From Rhodocyclaceae bacterium (GTDB lineage: Bacteria > Pseudomonadota > Gammaproteobacteria > Burkholderiales > Rhodocyclaceae), in NCBI GenBank assembly GCA_039807535.1, contig JBDHRL010000002.1, forward strand, positions 3,757-67,756: DNA of 64,000 bases. The letters are read 5' to 3'. A program made the position numbers and the translations under genes. The first letter of the stretch is position 1; every line of letters starts with the position of its first letter. Below, piece by piece: positions 40,640 through 50,176 of the stretch. The notes beneath the pieces were generated by a model. The model was not told where the DNA came from. It saw only the letters and a list, made by a program, of their open reading frames with translations, and searched no databases.

Positions 40640-41548
40640 TTACCTCGGTGGCAACAGCTTCATCGGATCGAGCGGCTTGCCTTGGCGGCGAATCTCGAAG
40701 TGCAGCTTGGCCTGATCGGTATCGCTGTTGCCAAGCTCGGCGACTTTCTGCCCGCGGGACACCTGCTGCCCTTCCTTCGCCAGCAGCTTGCTGTTGTGGG
40801 CATACACGCTCGACAGACCGTTCGCATGCTGAATGATGAGCAGGTTCCCATAGCCGCGGATGCCGCTGCCGGCATACGTCACCTTGCCCGCTTCCGCAGC
40901 CAGCACCGGCTCGCCGAGCCGGCCTTCGATATCGATGCCCTTGCTGCTGCCCTCTGCATAGGCGGCGATCACCCTGCCGCCGCCAGGCCAGATCCAGTTC
41001 ATATCCTCATCGGGCCCGCTCGGCCCGGACTCGGCTCTCGCCTGGGCTGGCACAGGGTGCGGCACGGTTTCGCCTGGCTTTTGCACCATGACCGCAGCCT
41101 GCTCCGTATAAGGCTGCTTGCCGCCTTTCGGGTCGCGCTTGATGTTGTCCGTGCTGGCACTGGCAGGACTTGATGCGCCCAGCGGTCGCGCCTCGACCGC
41201 CGCGGGCCCGGCAATCGGCTTGATGACGGCCGCACCATCCGGCGGTGCAACGCGCAACTGCTGGCCGACCCGGATCATGTTCGGATTGTCGATATTGTTC
41301 CAGGCAGCCACGTCCCGGTAAGACTGGCCATGCTCCAATGCGATGCTGTAGAGGGTTTCACCTTTTTTCACAGTATGGAATTCACCGGGCCTGGCGGCAG
41401 GTGCCACAACTTGCGCCGATCCCTTGCCGGGTGCCCCGCCCCGCTCGACCACGGGTGCCGGCGATTTGGAAGCGCATCCTGCAAACAGCGCCACAACAAG
41501 CGCCATGAGCGGCCATGCATACCGGCAAAGGGAATTCGTCATGCTCAT
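40640..41548 (-). CDS. nlpD: LysM/M23 peptidase lipoprotein NlpD
   Basis: Lipobox FAGC, Lys[15 protein letters not shown]23 KGIDI...YAHN...LHFEIR. Confidence 0.93.
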   Translation of the reverse strand: MSMTNSLCRYAWPLMALVVALFAGCASKSPAPVVERGGAPGKGSAQVVAPAARPGEFHTVKKGETLYSIALEHGQSYRDVAAWNNIDNPNMIRVGQQLRVAPPDGAAVIKPIAGPAAVEARPLGASSPASASTDNIKRDPKGGKQPYTEQAAVMVQKPGETVPHPVPAQARAESGPSGPDEDMNWIWPGGGRVIAAYAEGSSKGIDIEGRLGEPVLAAEAGKVTYAGSGIRGYGNLLIIQHANGLSSVYAHNSKLLAKEGQQVSRGQKVAELGNSDTDQAKLHFEIRRQGKPLDPMKLLPPR

Positions 41549-42201
41549 TCGACTCCGGCTACAAGTGGCACGAAGCGCACCGCTTCAAGGCGTGTCTCGA
41601 CATAGCCGCGCACGCCTCGCTCGATCAGGCAAAGGGACTGTTCGGCACCACCCAGTGGCAGAATCATACGGCCTCCCATGGCAAGTTGCTCGGGCAGCGC
41701 ATGCGGCACCCGCGTCGCGGCGGCAGCCAGAATGATTGTATCGAAAGGCGCGGCATCCGCCAGCCCCAAATTGCCGTCGGCGTGCTTGAGCCTGACGTTG
41801 GGCAAGCGCAAATGGCGCAGGTTGGCGCGCGCCTTGTCGAGAAGCTGGGCGAGGCGTTCGACGGCATAAACATCCTTTGACATCTGCGCCAGGACCGCCG
41901 CCTGATAGCCGCAGCCAGCGCCTATTTCCAGGGTTTTGCCGAGTTCTCGACCGGCCGCAAGCAGTTCGATCATCCGTGCAACGACAAACGGCTGGGAAAT
42001 GGTCTGCTTCAGACCGATCGGCAGCGCGGTATCCTCATAGGCACGCGAAGCCAGCGCCTCTTCGACGAAGATGTGGCGCGGCACCACCGCCATTGCCGCC
42101 AGCACCCGCTCGTCCCTGATGCCGTCCGCACGCAGGCGCTCGATCATGCGCGCACGAGTGCGCTGGGAGGTCATGCCGATGCCGGACAGCTCGCGTTTCA
42201 T
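41545..42201 (-). CDS. pcm: Protein-L-isoaspartate O-methyltransferase
   Basis: [41 protein letters not shown]. Confidence 0.95.
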   Translation of the reverse strand: MKRELSGIGMTSQRTRARMIERLRADGIRDERVLAAMAVVPRHIFVEEALASRAYEDTALPIGLKQTISQPFVVARMIELLAAGRELGKTLEIGAGCGYQAAVLAQMSKDVYAVERLAQLLDKARANLRHLRLPNVRLKHADGNLGLADAAPFDTIILAAAATRVPHALPEQLAMGGRMILPLGGAEQSLCLIERGVRGYVETRLEAVRFVPLVAGVE

Positions 42202-42941
42202 GTCCCGATCCAGCTGCTGACGGCTTCGATCTGCGCGCCATGCGTGAGGTCGATTTGCAAGGGAGTAATCGAGGCATAGCCGTTCCCGACGGCATGAAAA
42301 TCCGTTCCTTCGCCGGCATCCTGTGCCGGTCCGGCGGCGCCGATCCAGAATACGGTCTCGCCGCGCGGGCTGACCTGCCTGACCACGCCTTCGGCCTTGT
42401 GCCGCTTGCCCAAGCGGGTCACGCGCACCCCCTTGAGTGTATCGGGCGGCACGTCTGGCACGTTGATGTTCAGCAGCACGCGTTGGCCCAGCGGATTGTG
42501 CAGGCAGCGCTCGACGAGGCTGCGTGCCACCCTCCCCGCCGTCTCGAAATGCGCCGCCTTGTGACTGGTCAGGGACACCGCCAGCGAAGGCACGCCCAGC
42601 AGATAGCCTTCCGTGGCGGCAGCCACCGTGCCGGAGTAGATGGTGTCGTCTCCCATGTTGGCGCCCAGGTTGATGCCGGAGATCACCATGTCCGGCAAAT
42701 GATCCAGCATCCCGGTCACTGCCAGGTGGACGCAATCGGTCGGCGTGCCATTGACGAAATAGAAACCGTTGGCGGCTTGCCGCAACCTCAAGGGACGATC
42801 CAGCGTGAGGGAATTGCTGGCCCCGCTGCGATCGCGTTCGGGCGCGACCACGGTGATTTCGGCAAGGTCGGAAAGGGTCTTGGCGAGGAACTCGATGCCT
42901 GGCGAGAAGTAGCCGTCGTCGTTGCTCAGCAGGATGCGCAT
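42198..42941 (-). CDS. surE: 5'/3'-nucleotidase SurE
   Basis: [41 protein letters not shown]. Confidence 0.97.
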   Translation of the reverse strand: MRILLSNDDGYFSPGIEFLAKTLSDLAEITVVAPERDRSGASNSLTLDRPLRLRQAANGFYFVNGTPTDCVHLAVTGMLDHLPDMVISGINLGANMGDDTIYSGTVAAATEGYLLGVPSLAVSLTSHKAAHFETAGRVARSLVERCLHNPLGQRVLLNINVPDVPPDTLKGVRVTRLGKRHKAEGVVRQVSPRGETVFWIGAAGPAQDAGEGTDFHAVGNGYASITPLQIDLTHGAQIEAVSSWIGT

Positions 42942-42976
42942 GGTTTTCCGCGCGGCCGCAGCTACCTCAGAATGAA

Positions 42977-43021
42977 TGGTCGGAGCGGCGGGATTCGGAC
43001 TCGCGACCCCTTGCACCCCAT
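42977..43021 (-). repeat. Duplicated tRNA-Pro 3' half (distal att site)
   Basis: 45-bp match to 44654-44698, anticodon loop to CCA, with 2 mismatches (42984, 42998). Confidence 0.93.
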
Positions 43022-43047
43022 AATTACGGCTCGAATTTTAGCATGGA

Positions 43048-43181
43048 ATCACCCGCATGATGATCGCGATCGCGCCGAAGCGCGCTTCGTCACAGGCGAT
43101 CGGGTGCATCACGGGCAAGAGCGCGATCCACCTGGCGCGGGTCCATGCGGAGCGCAGGTGCAACTGTTCCGGGCCAGGAGG
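43048..43181 (+). pseudogene. tnpA: Degenerate IS200/IS605 tnpA (Y1 transposase) fragment
   Basis: MMIAIAPKRASSQAIGCITGKSAIHLARVHAERRCN matches recalled TnpA MLISIPPKYAVSQVVGYIKGKSAIHLARVYGERKRN; frameshifted (N)HPH before it and F-R-A-R (for FWARG) after it. Confidence 0.8.
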
Positions 43182-43193
43182 ACCGCGGCGTTC

Positions 43194-43595
43194 CTACTCT
43201 CGGCGGATCTCGGGAATGTCCATGTCTAGCTCCTGCAGATCGGCATCCATGACTTTCGCCCGCGCGTAGTTGGGCGTGTGCGGGAACGGCCGCGTCGCTT
43301 CGAAACCTATCTTGCAGCCGAGATAGCCAGGAAACCCGGGATTGAGGCCGTGGCCGAACACGTTCTCGATCATCATCACGCCCTGCCTCGGGTCCAGTCG
43401 CGTGGCCATCGCCCATTCCACATCGCCCGAATTCCTGATGTCCACATCGTCGTCAACCACGGTCACCATCTTCAGCGGCGGAAAGGCGGCAAACGTCGCC
43501 ATAAGGGCCTGCTTCGCCCAGCCGGCGCGCTTCTGGGCAATTTTGACCACTGCATGGTAAAAGCCGCAGCCGCCATGCGAGAAATAGACATCCAT
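43194..43595 (-). pseudogene. UbiD-family decarboxylase, C-terminal fragment only
   Basis: DVYFSHGGCGFYHAVVKI, VVDDDVDIRNSGDVEWAMATRLDP, KIGFEAT; only 133 aa, prFMN-binding region absent. Confidence 0.82.
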
Positions 43596-43597
43596 AA

Positions 43598-43750
43598 CGC
43601 CCGAGGGAGACCGGAGCCGGCGTCAGCGTCGTGCGGCTCTGGAAGCCGGGGAGTGTGGATTACAAGCGGGTAGCCGAGCTGAAGGGCGTCGATCTCGACC
43701 GCTACCGCGGTGAAGGGAGGCAGGAGGTAAGGGTGACGATGGTGAGGTGA
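43598..43750 (+). pseudogene. YqaJ-family phage-type nuclease/recombinase, C-terminal fragment
   Basis: Hand translation RPRETGAGVSVVRLWKPGSVDYKRVAELKGVDLDRYRGEGRQEVRVTMVR*; no start codon, preceded by TAA; matches recalled C-termini of betaproteobacterial YqaJ proteins. Confidence 0.68.
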
Positions 43751-43813
43751 GAGTCCATCGCGGCGCGGTGGCGACAGCAATGCCGTCGCCGCGCCGTGTA
43801 GCTATCGAGATCC

Positions 43814-44227
43814 TCAGGCGGCTTCCTTCATGGCCTTGCGCGGCCGGCCGCCGAGTTTTCCGTTGGCACGCGCAGCCGCGGCCTTCGCCGGAGTCGCCGC
43901 GCTGCCACCACGCTGCCCCAGTCGCGCCATCCACATCTTCGAGCCAAGAAAACCGTCCAGCAGTGCAGGCAGGTAGATGTCGGCGTCGATCTGTGGGAAA
44001 TGGAGCCCCAGTCCCGTCGGTGTGACCTCGATCTCGCGCAACTGGGCCGGCGTTGCCCGCGCCAGGCCCTGGGCATCGTGGGCCTTGAACGACAACTCCA
44101 GGCCCGTGCTCATCTCGATGACGATGCGGCCGCGATCGTAGCGTGCCGCTTTTGCTATGGGCGAAGAACGCAGGCGCGCGCGGCCGCGTCGATTGGCCTG
44201 TTCAATCTCGCTCTTAGGGATAGCCAT
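43814..44227 (-). CDS. DUF2442 protein, putative antitoxin
   Basis: GLHFPQIDADIYLPALL core; basic tail AAARANGKLGGRPRK; SD GGAGG; start lies inside the upstream gene. Confidence 0.85.
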   Translation of the reverse strand: MAIPKSEIEQANRRGRARLRSSPIAKAARYDRGRIVIEMSTGLELSFKAHDAQGLARATPAQLREIEVTPTGLGLHFPQIDADIYLPALLDGFLGSKMWMARLGQRGGSAATPAKAAAARANGKLGGRPRKAMKEAA

Positions 44228-44462
44228 GAATATTCCTCCATTCCTCGCACAACGCTTCAACTTCGGCCTTCAATTCCGTCAGGAATGCGCTCAACATTGC
44301 CGGCTTGAAACCGAAGTTTTCGCGCAGCTCGGGCGGCCCCTTCGGGCAATTGAGCTTGAAGACGGCCTCGCATCCCTCGCCGATGATGTGCACATGCGCC
44401 GGGCGATGGTCGTTCGGATAGACAACTACGCGGCAAGCACCGATGCGCCTGATCGTTGGCAT
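44214..44462 (-). CDS. DUF4160 protein, putative toxin
   Basis: 82 aa; YPNDHRPAHVHI motif and C-terminal LCEEWRNIHG; overlaps DUF2442 by 14 nt. Confidence 0.85.
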   Translation of the reverse strand: MPTIRRIGACRVVVYPNDHRPAHVHIIGEGCEAVFKLNCPKGPPELRENFGFKPAMLSAFLTELKAEVEALCEEWRNIHGYP

Positions 44463-44467
44463 GCGAT

Positions 44468-44496
44468 ATCCTAACCGATTGGGTTTTTCACGTCAA
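44468..44496 (-). promoter_or_regulatory. Sigma70 promoter of the DUF4160-DUF2442 operon, probably leaderless
   Basis: TTGACG (44496-44491), 17 nt, TAGGAT (44473-44468), then 5 nt and the ATG at 44462. Confidence 0.65.
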
Positions 44497-44570
44497 AGGA
44501 ATATTTCCAGGCATACCTTGAGATGGTGTTGCGCTGACGCAACGGTGGGTGGTCGAAGCTTGCGGCCGAA

Positions 44571-44597
44571 AAACCGTACCGCAAACCGTACCGCAAA
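44571..44597. repeat. Tandem 12-bp direct repeat near att, integrase arm-type-site-like
   Basis: AAACCGTACCGC x2 plus AAA. Confidence 0.6.
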
Positions 44598-44599
44598 AT

Positions 44600-44622
44600 A
44601 AAAAAGCCAGCTTTTGGCTGGC
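44600..44622 (-). terminator. Terminator downstream of tRNA-Pro
   Basis: Minus strand GCCAGC-CAAAA-GCTGGC-TTTTTT. Confidence 0.7.
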
Positions 44623-44653
44623 CTTGATTTTTCTGTAACTTATTGTTTTTTAA

Positions 44654-44731
<78 letters not shown>

Positions 44732-44785
44732 CTGGAGGGGAATTATATCAGAGAGCGAAAAAGCGCGAAGCGCGGAAAGAGGCGA

Positions 44786-45154
44786 TCAGGCGCGCAGCAG
44801 CGCGATGATGTCTGAAATTTCGCCGCGCAGCGATCCCGCCGGTACGTATTGCTCCGAAGGAACGACTGCGAGTGGCATGGACGCATCCCTGCCCGGACCT
44901 TCCTCGAGACGGTTGCGCGCGCCGCTGATGGTGAAGCCCTCGCGATACAGCAACTCGCGGATGCGCCGCACGAGCAGCACCTCGTGATGTTGGTAATAGC
45001 GCCGGTTGCCGCGCCGCTTGACCGGCTTCAGCTGGGTGAATTCCTGCTCCCAGTAACGCAGCACGTGCGGTTTGACGCCACACAGCTCGCTGACTTCGCC
45101 AATGGTGAAGTAGCGCTTGGCCGGTATGGGCGGCAGGTCATCCTTGCTTGCCAT
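44786..45154 (-). CDS. MerR family transcriptional regulator
   Basis: [27 protein letters not shown]...RRYY; directly after ihfA. Confidence 0.92.
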   Translation of the reverse strand: MASKDDLPPIPAKRYFTIGEVSELCGVKPHVLRYWEQEFTQLKPVKRRGNRRYYQHHEVLLVRRIRELLYREGFTISGARNRLEEGPGRDASMPLAVVPSEQYVPAGSLRGEISDIIALLRA

Positions 45155-45443
45155 GGCTGCTCAGCTTCTCGACCGAGGCCTTGAGTTTCTGGCTGGCGTG
45201 GAAAGTGACGACGCGGCGCGCCGTAATGGGGATCTCTTCGCCGGTTTTCGGGTTCCGGCCTGGCCGCTGCGGTTTGTCGCGCAGCTGGAAATTGCCGAAA
45301 CCGGACAGCTTGACGCTCTCGCCCCGTTCCAGCGCAGTGCGGATTTCCTCGAAAAAACCCTCGACCATGTCCTTGGCTTCGCGTTTGTTCAGGCCTACCT
45401 TCTCGAACAGGAGATCGGCCAGTTCCGCCTTTGTTAACGTCAT
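45138..45443 (-). CDS. ihfA: Integration host factor alpha subunit
   Basis: [27 protein letters not shown]. Confidence 0.98.
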   Translation of the reverse strand: MTLTKAELADLLFEKVGLNKREAKDMVEGFFEEIRTALERGESVKLSGFGNFQLRDKPQRPGRNPKTGEEIPITARRVVTFHASQKLKASVEKLSSHGKQG

Positions 45444-45452
45444 TTCTGCTCC

Positions 45453-47831
45453 CTATGAACGCAGCTTGGCAGCGAATTTTTCCGTTGCGGCCTCGACCAT
45501 TTTGGCCACGGCCGCCTCGACCTCGCCATCAGAAAGCGTTTTTTGAGTATCTTGCATAACTACCCGAAATGCAAGACTTTTTTTCTCAACATCGACTCCT
45601 TTGCCCTGATAGACATCGAACAGTACGACCTCCCTGACGAAGTCCGGCGCGGCGGCAATCAATTCCTCCAACAAGGCCTGGGCCGGCTGTTCCTGGGCAA
45701 CCACCAAAGCCAGGTCACGCACTACTGCGGGGAAGCGGGAGACCTCCCGGTAGGCTGGCAATGGCTGCTGCAATACCGCATCGAGCTCCAGTTCGAACAA
45801 TACGGGCGCGGCGCCCAGTTCGTATTTCTGCACCCAGCGCGGATGCAGTTCTCCAACCATGCCGATCATCTTGCCAGCCACGACAACCGATGCGGCACGA
45901 CCGGGGTGCAGGGCCGGATGTTCCAATCGCCGAAAATCGGCGCGAACGGGCGACAGCAAAGCTTCGACCTCGGCCTTCGCATCGAAGAAATCCGCGCGCC
46001 GGGTGGCAACGCCCCATTGTTCCGGCGCTGCCGGGCCCGCCGCGAGCGCGGCGATCCGCTTAGGCTGCGGGAAGCCTGCGTCCTGATCTCCCTGGGCGTC
46101 GCGCAGGAAGCAGCGGCCGGTTTCGAATACACGCACACGTTCCAGGCGACGATTGAGGTTGCTGACGAGGTTCGCCACCAGTCCGCCGATCAGGCTGGAG
46201 CGCATCACGCCCATCTGGCTGGCAATCGGATTGGCCAGCACGACAGGGGCCGTGTTGGTGCAGAAGTCCTTTTCCCATTCGGCATCGACGAAGCTGTAAT
46301 TCACGACTTCCTGGTAGTCGCGACCTGCCAGCAGTCTCCGCACGCGCCAGATGCTGCGTTCCTGCTCGTTCTGCGGCAGGATCGCCAGTGCGCCCTGCGG
46401 CAACCGCGCAGGAATGTTGTCGTAGCCATGCAGCCGCGCCAATTCCTCGATCAGATCCTCCTCGATGGCGATATCGAAGCGGTGCGAAGGCGGCGTCACC
46501 GTGAAGGTGTCACCGTCACGCACGAACGGGAAATCAAGTCCCTTGAAAAGCCGGGCCACCACCTCGGCACCCAGACCGATGCCCAGGATTTTTTTTGCGC
46601 GCGCGACGCGGAGGCGGACCGCCTTGCGTGCGGGCAGCCGGCTGTGGTCGACCGCCTCGGTGACCGGACCGGCCTGCCCGCCGCACAGGTCTTGTATCAG
46701 TTGCGTTGCCCGCTCCAAGGCTTCGCGTGTAGCGGCGAAATCGACGCCACGCTCGAAGCGATAGGAGGCATCGGACGAGAAGCCCAAGGCGCGCGCCTTG
46801 CCGGCGACTGCGCCGGGCGCAAAAAAGGCGCTCTCCAGAAAAAGTTCCGTGGTGCTGTCGCCGATGCCGCTCTTCTCGCCGCCCATGATGCCCGCCAGTG
46901 CCAACGCCCGCTGCTCGTCGGCGATGAGCGCCGTGTCGGCAGAGGGCTCGACGGTCTGACCGTTCAACAGCAAGAGTTTCTCGCCCGGTATCGGGAAGCG
47001 CACATGCACCGCACCGTGTAGGCGGGCATTATCGAAGGCATGGAGAGGCTGGCCGAGTTCGAGCATGACGTAGTTGGTGACGTCGACCACGGCGCTGATC
47101 GACCGGATGCCGCTGCGTTCGAGGCGGCGCCGCATCCAGCCCGGCGTCGCCGCCTTCGCGTCGATGCCGGAGATCACCCGGCCGCAGTAGCGCGGACAGG
47201 CCGAAGGGGCATCGAGCACCACTTTGCGCTGCCTGTCGATCGTCACCGCAGCTTCATGAATCACCGGCAGCACCACGGCCGCGCCGGTCAGCGCCCCCAC
47301 CTCGCGGGCCACGCCCTTCAGACTGAGGCAATCGGCGCGGTTCGGTGTCAATTTCAGGGTAAACAACTTGTCATCGAGTGCCAGATAGTCGCGGATGTCT
47401 GCGCCCACCGGTGCATCTGCGGGGAGTGCCAGAAGGCCGCTGTGATCTTCCGACAATCCCAATTCGCGCGCCGAGCAAAGCATGCCGAAAGACTCCACGC
47501 CGCGCACCTTGGCCGCCTTGATCTTGGTGCCAGGCAGTTCCGCACCGACCAGCGCGCAAGGCACCTTCATGCCGTCAACGACGTTCGGCGCGCCGCAGAC
47601 GATCTGCAGGGTGTCGCCCTGTCCGGCATCAATACGGCAGAGCTTCAGCTTGTCGGCGTCGGGGTGCTTGTCGACTGCCAGCACCTGCGCCACCACGACA
47701 CCGGCGAAGGGACGCGCGACATTTTGCAGAGCTTCCACTTCCAGCCCGGCCATGGTCAGGCTGTGCGCCAGCTCCGCGCTGGTAAGTGGCGGATTGACGT
47801 ACTCTCGCAGCCAGTGTTCGGAAAACTGCAT
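45453..47831 (-). CDS. pheT: Phenylalanine--tRNA ligase beta subunit
   Basis: MQFSEHWLRE, QIVCGAPN, LTPNRADCLS, FERGVD, EEDLIEELARLHGY, KKSLAF. Confidence 0.98.
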   Translation of the reverse strand: MQFSEHWLREYVNPPLTSAELAHSLTMAGLEVEALQNVARPFAGVVVAQVLAVDKHPDADKLKLCRIDAGQGDTLQIVCGAPNVVDGMKVPCALVGAELPGTKIKAAKVRGVESFGMLCSARELGLSEDHSGLLALPADAPVGADIRDYLALDDKLFTLKLTPNRADCLSLKGVAREVGALTGAAVVLPVIHEAAVTIDRQRKVVLDAPSACPRYCGRVISGIDAKAATPGWMRRRLERSGIRSISAVVDVTNYVMLELGQPLHAFDNARLHGAVHVRFPIPGEKLLLLNGQTVEPSADTALIADEQRALALAGIMGGEKSGIGDSTTELFLESAFFAPGAVAGKARALGFSSDASYRFERGVDFAATREALERATQLIQDLCGGQAGPVTEAVDHSRLPARKAVRLRVARAKKILGIGLGAEVVARLFKGLDFPFVRDGDTFTVTPPSHRFDIAIEEDLIEELARLHGYDNIPARLPQGALAILPQNEQERSIWRVRRLLAGRDYQEVVNYSFVDAEWEKDFCTNTAPVVLANPIASQMGVMRSSLIGGLVANLVSNLNRRLERVRVFETGRCFLRDAQGDQDAGFPQPKRIAALAAGPAAPEQWGVATRRADFFDAKAEVEALLSPVRADFRRLEHPALHPGRAASVVVAGKMIGMVGELHPRWVQKYELGAAPVLFELELDAVLQQPLPAYREVSRFPAVVRDLALVVAQEQPAQALLEELIAAAPDFVREVVLFDVYQGKGVDVEKKSLAFRVVMQDTQKTLSDGEVEAAVAKMVEAATEKFAAKLRS

Positions 47832-47833
47832 GG

Positions 47834-49274
<1,441 letters not shown>

Positions 49275-49286
49275 GGTCCGGTCTCC

Positions 49287-49484
49287 TTAGGCGTAGGGCA
49301 GCATGGCTCGGATGGAAGCGACGTCCGAGTCATGCACGTTAACGGCGCCCCGCAGGTGGCGCTTGGCCTTGGTGGTTTTCTTGGTCAGGATATGGCGCTT
49401 GAAGGCTTGGGCGCGCTTGACGGTTCCCCCTGGCCGCACCTTGAAGCGCTTGGCAGCGCCGGATTTGGTTTTCATCTTCGGCAT
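49287..49484 (-). CDS. rpmI: 50S ribosomal protein L35
   Basis: [15 protein letters not shown]...HILTKK; SD AAGGAG. Confidence 0.98.
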   Translation of the reverse strand: MPKMKTKSGAAKRFKVRPGGTVKRAQAFKRHILTKKTTKAKRHLRGAVNVHDSDVASIRAMLPYA

Positions 49485-49613
49485 CGAAGAATCTCCTTTT
49501 AACATGGCGCCGGGTGGCTCCCGATCCGGAAGCACTTCGACTACCCGCAACCACTTGTCCATGAACCTGTCGGCCGGTTCATTCCGCCTTGCGCCCCGGT
49601 CGGGGCGCGCAAC

Positions 49614-50150
49614 TCAATGCTTCTGCTGCTTCTTGACCGGCGCCAGCACCATGATGAGCTGACGCCCTTCCATCTTGGGAAACTGCTCGACGGTACCGTA
49701 CAGTTCCAGATCGGCCTTCACCCGCTCCAGCAGGCGCACACCGAATTCCTGGTGCGCCATTTCCCTGCCGCGGAAGCGCAGAGTCACTTTCGTCTTGTCG
49801 CCTTCCTGCAGGAAGCGGACCAGGTTCCGCAGCTTGATCTGGTAATCACCCTCGTCGGTCCCGGGCCGGAATTTTACTTCCTTGACCTGAATCTGCTTCT
49901 GTTTCAGCTTCGCTTCATGGGCTTTTTTCGCCTCGGCATACTTGAACTTGCCGTAGTCCATGATGCGACACACCGGCGGCGTGGCCAGCGGCGCGATTTC
50001 AACCAGATCCACTCCCGCCTCTTCGGCCATCTTCAGCGCAGCCTGGACCGGCACGATCCCGACCTGCTCGCCTTCCACCCCGATCAGGCGTATCTCGGGG
50101 GCATTGATTTCTTCGTTCAGGCGCTGCGCCTTCTGTTGTGGCTGTGCGAT
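49614..50150 (-). CDS. infC: Translation initiation factor IF-3, ATC start codon
   Basis: SD GGAG, then ATC GCA CAG...[35 protein letters not shown]. Confidence 0.96.
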   Translation of the reverse strand: MAQPQQKAQRLNEEINAPEIRLIGVEGEQVGIVPVQAALKMAEEAGVDLVEIAPLATPPVCRIMDYGKFKYAEAKKAHEAKLKQKQIQVKEVKFRPGTDEGDYQIKLRNLVRFLQEGDKTKVTLRFRGREMAHQEFGVRLLERVKADLELYGTVEQFPKMEGRQLIMVLAPVKKQQKH

Positions 50151-50176
50151 GGTTCAAGTCTCCAAAAATCCGAAAA

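Noticed and set aside
43090-43416. 108-aa minus-strand ORF in the island
   Set aside because: Off-frame overlap of the UbiD fragment and antisense to the tnpA relic; no motif.
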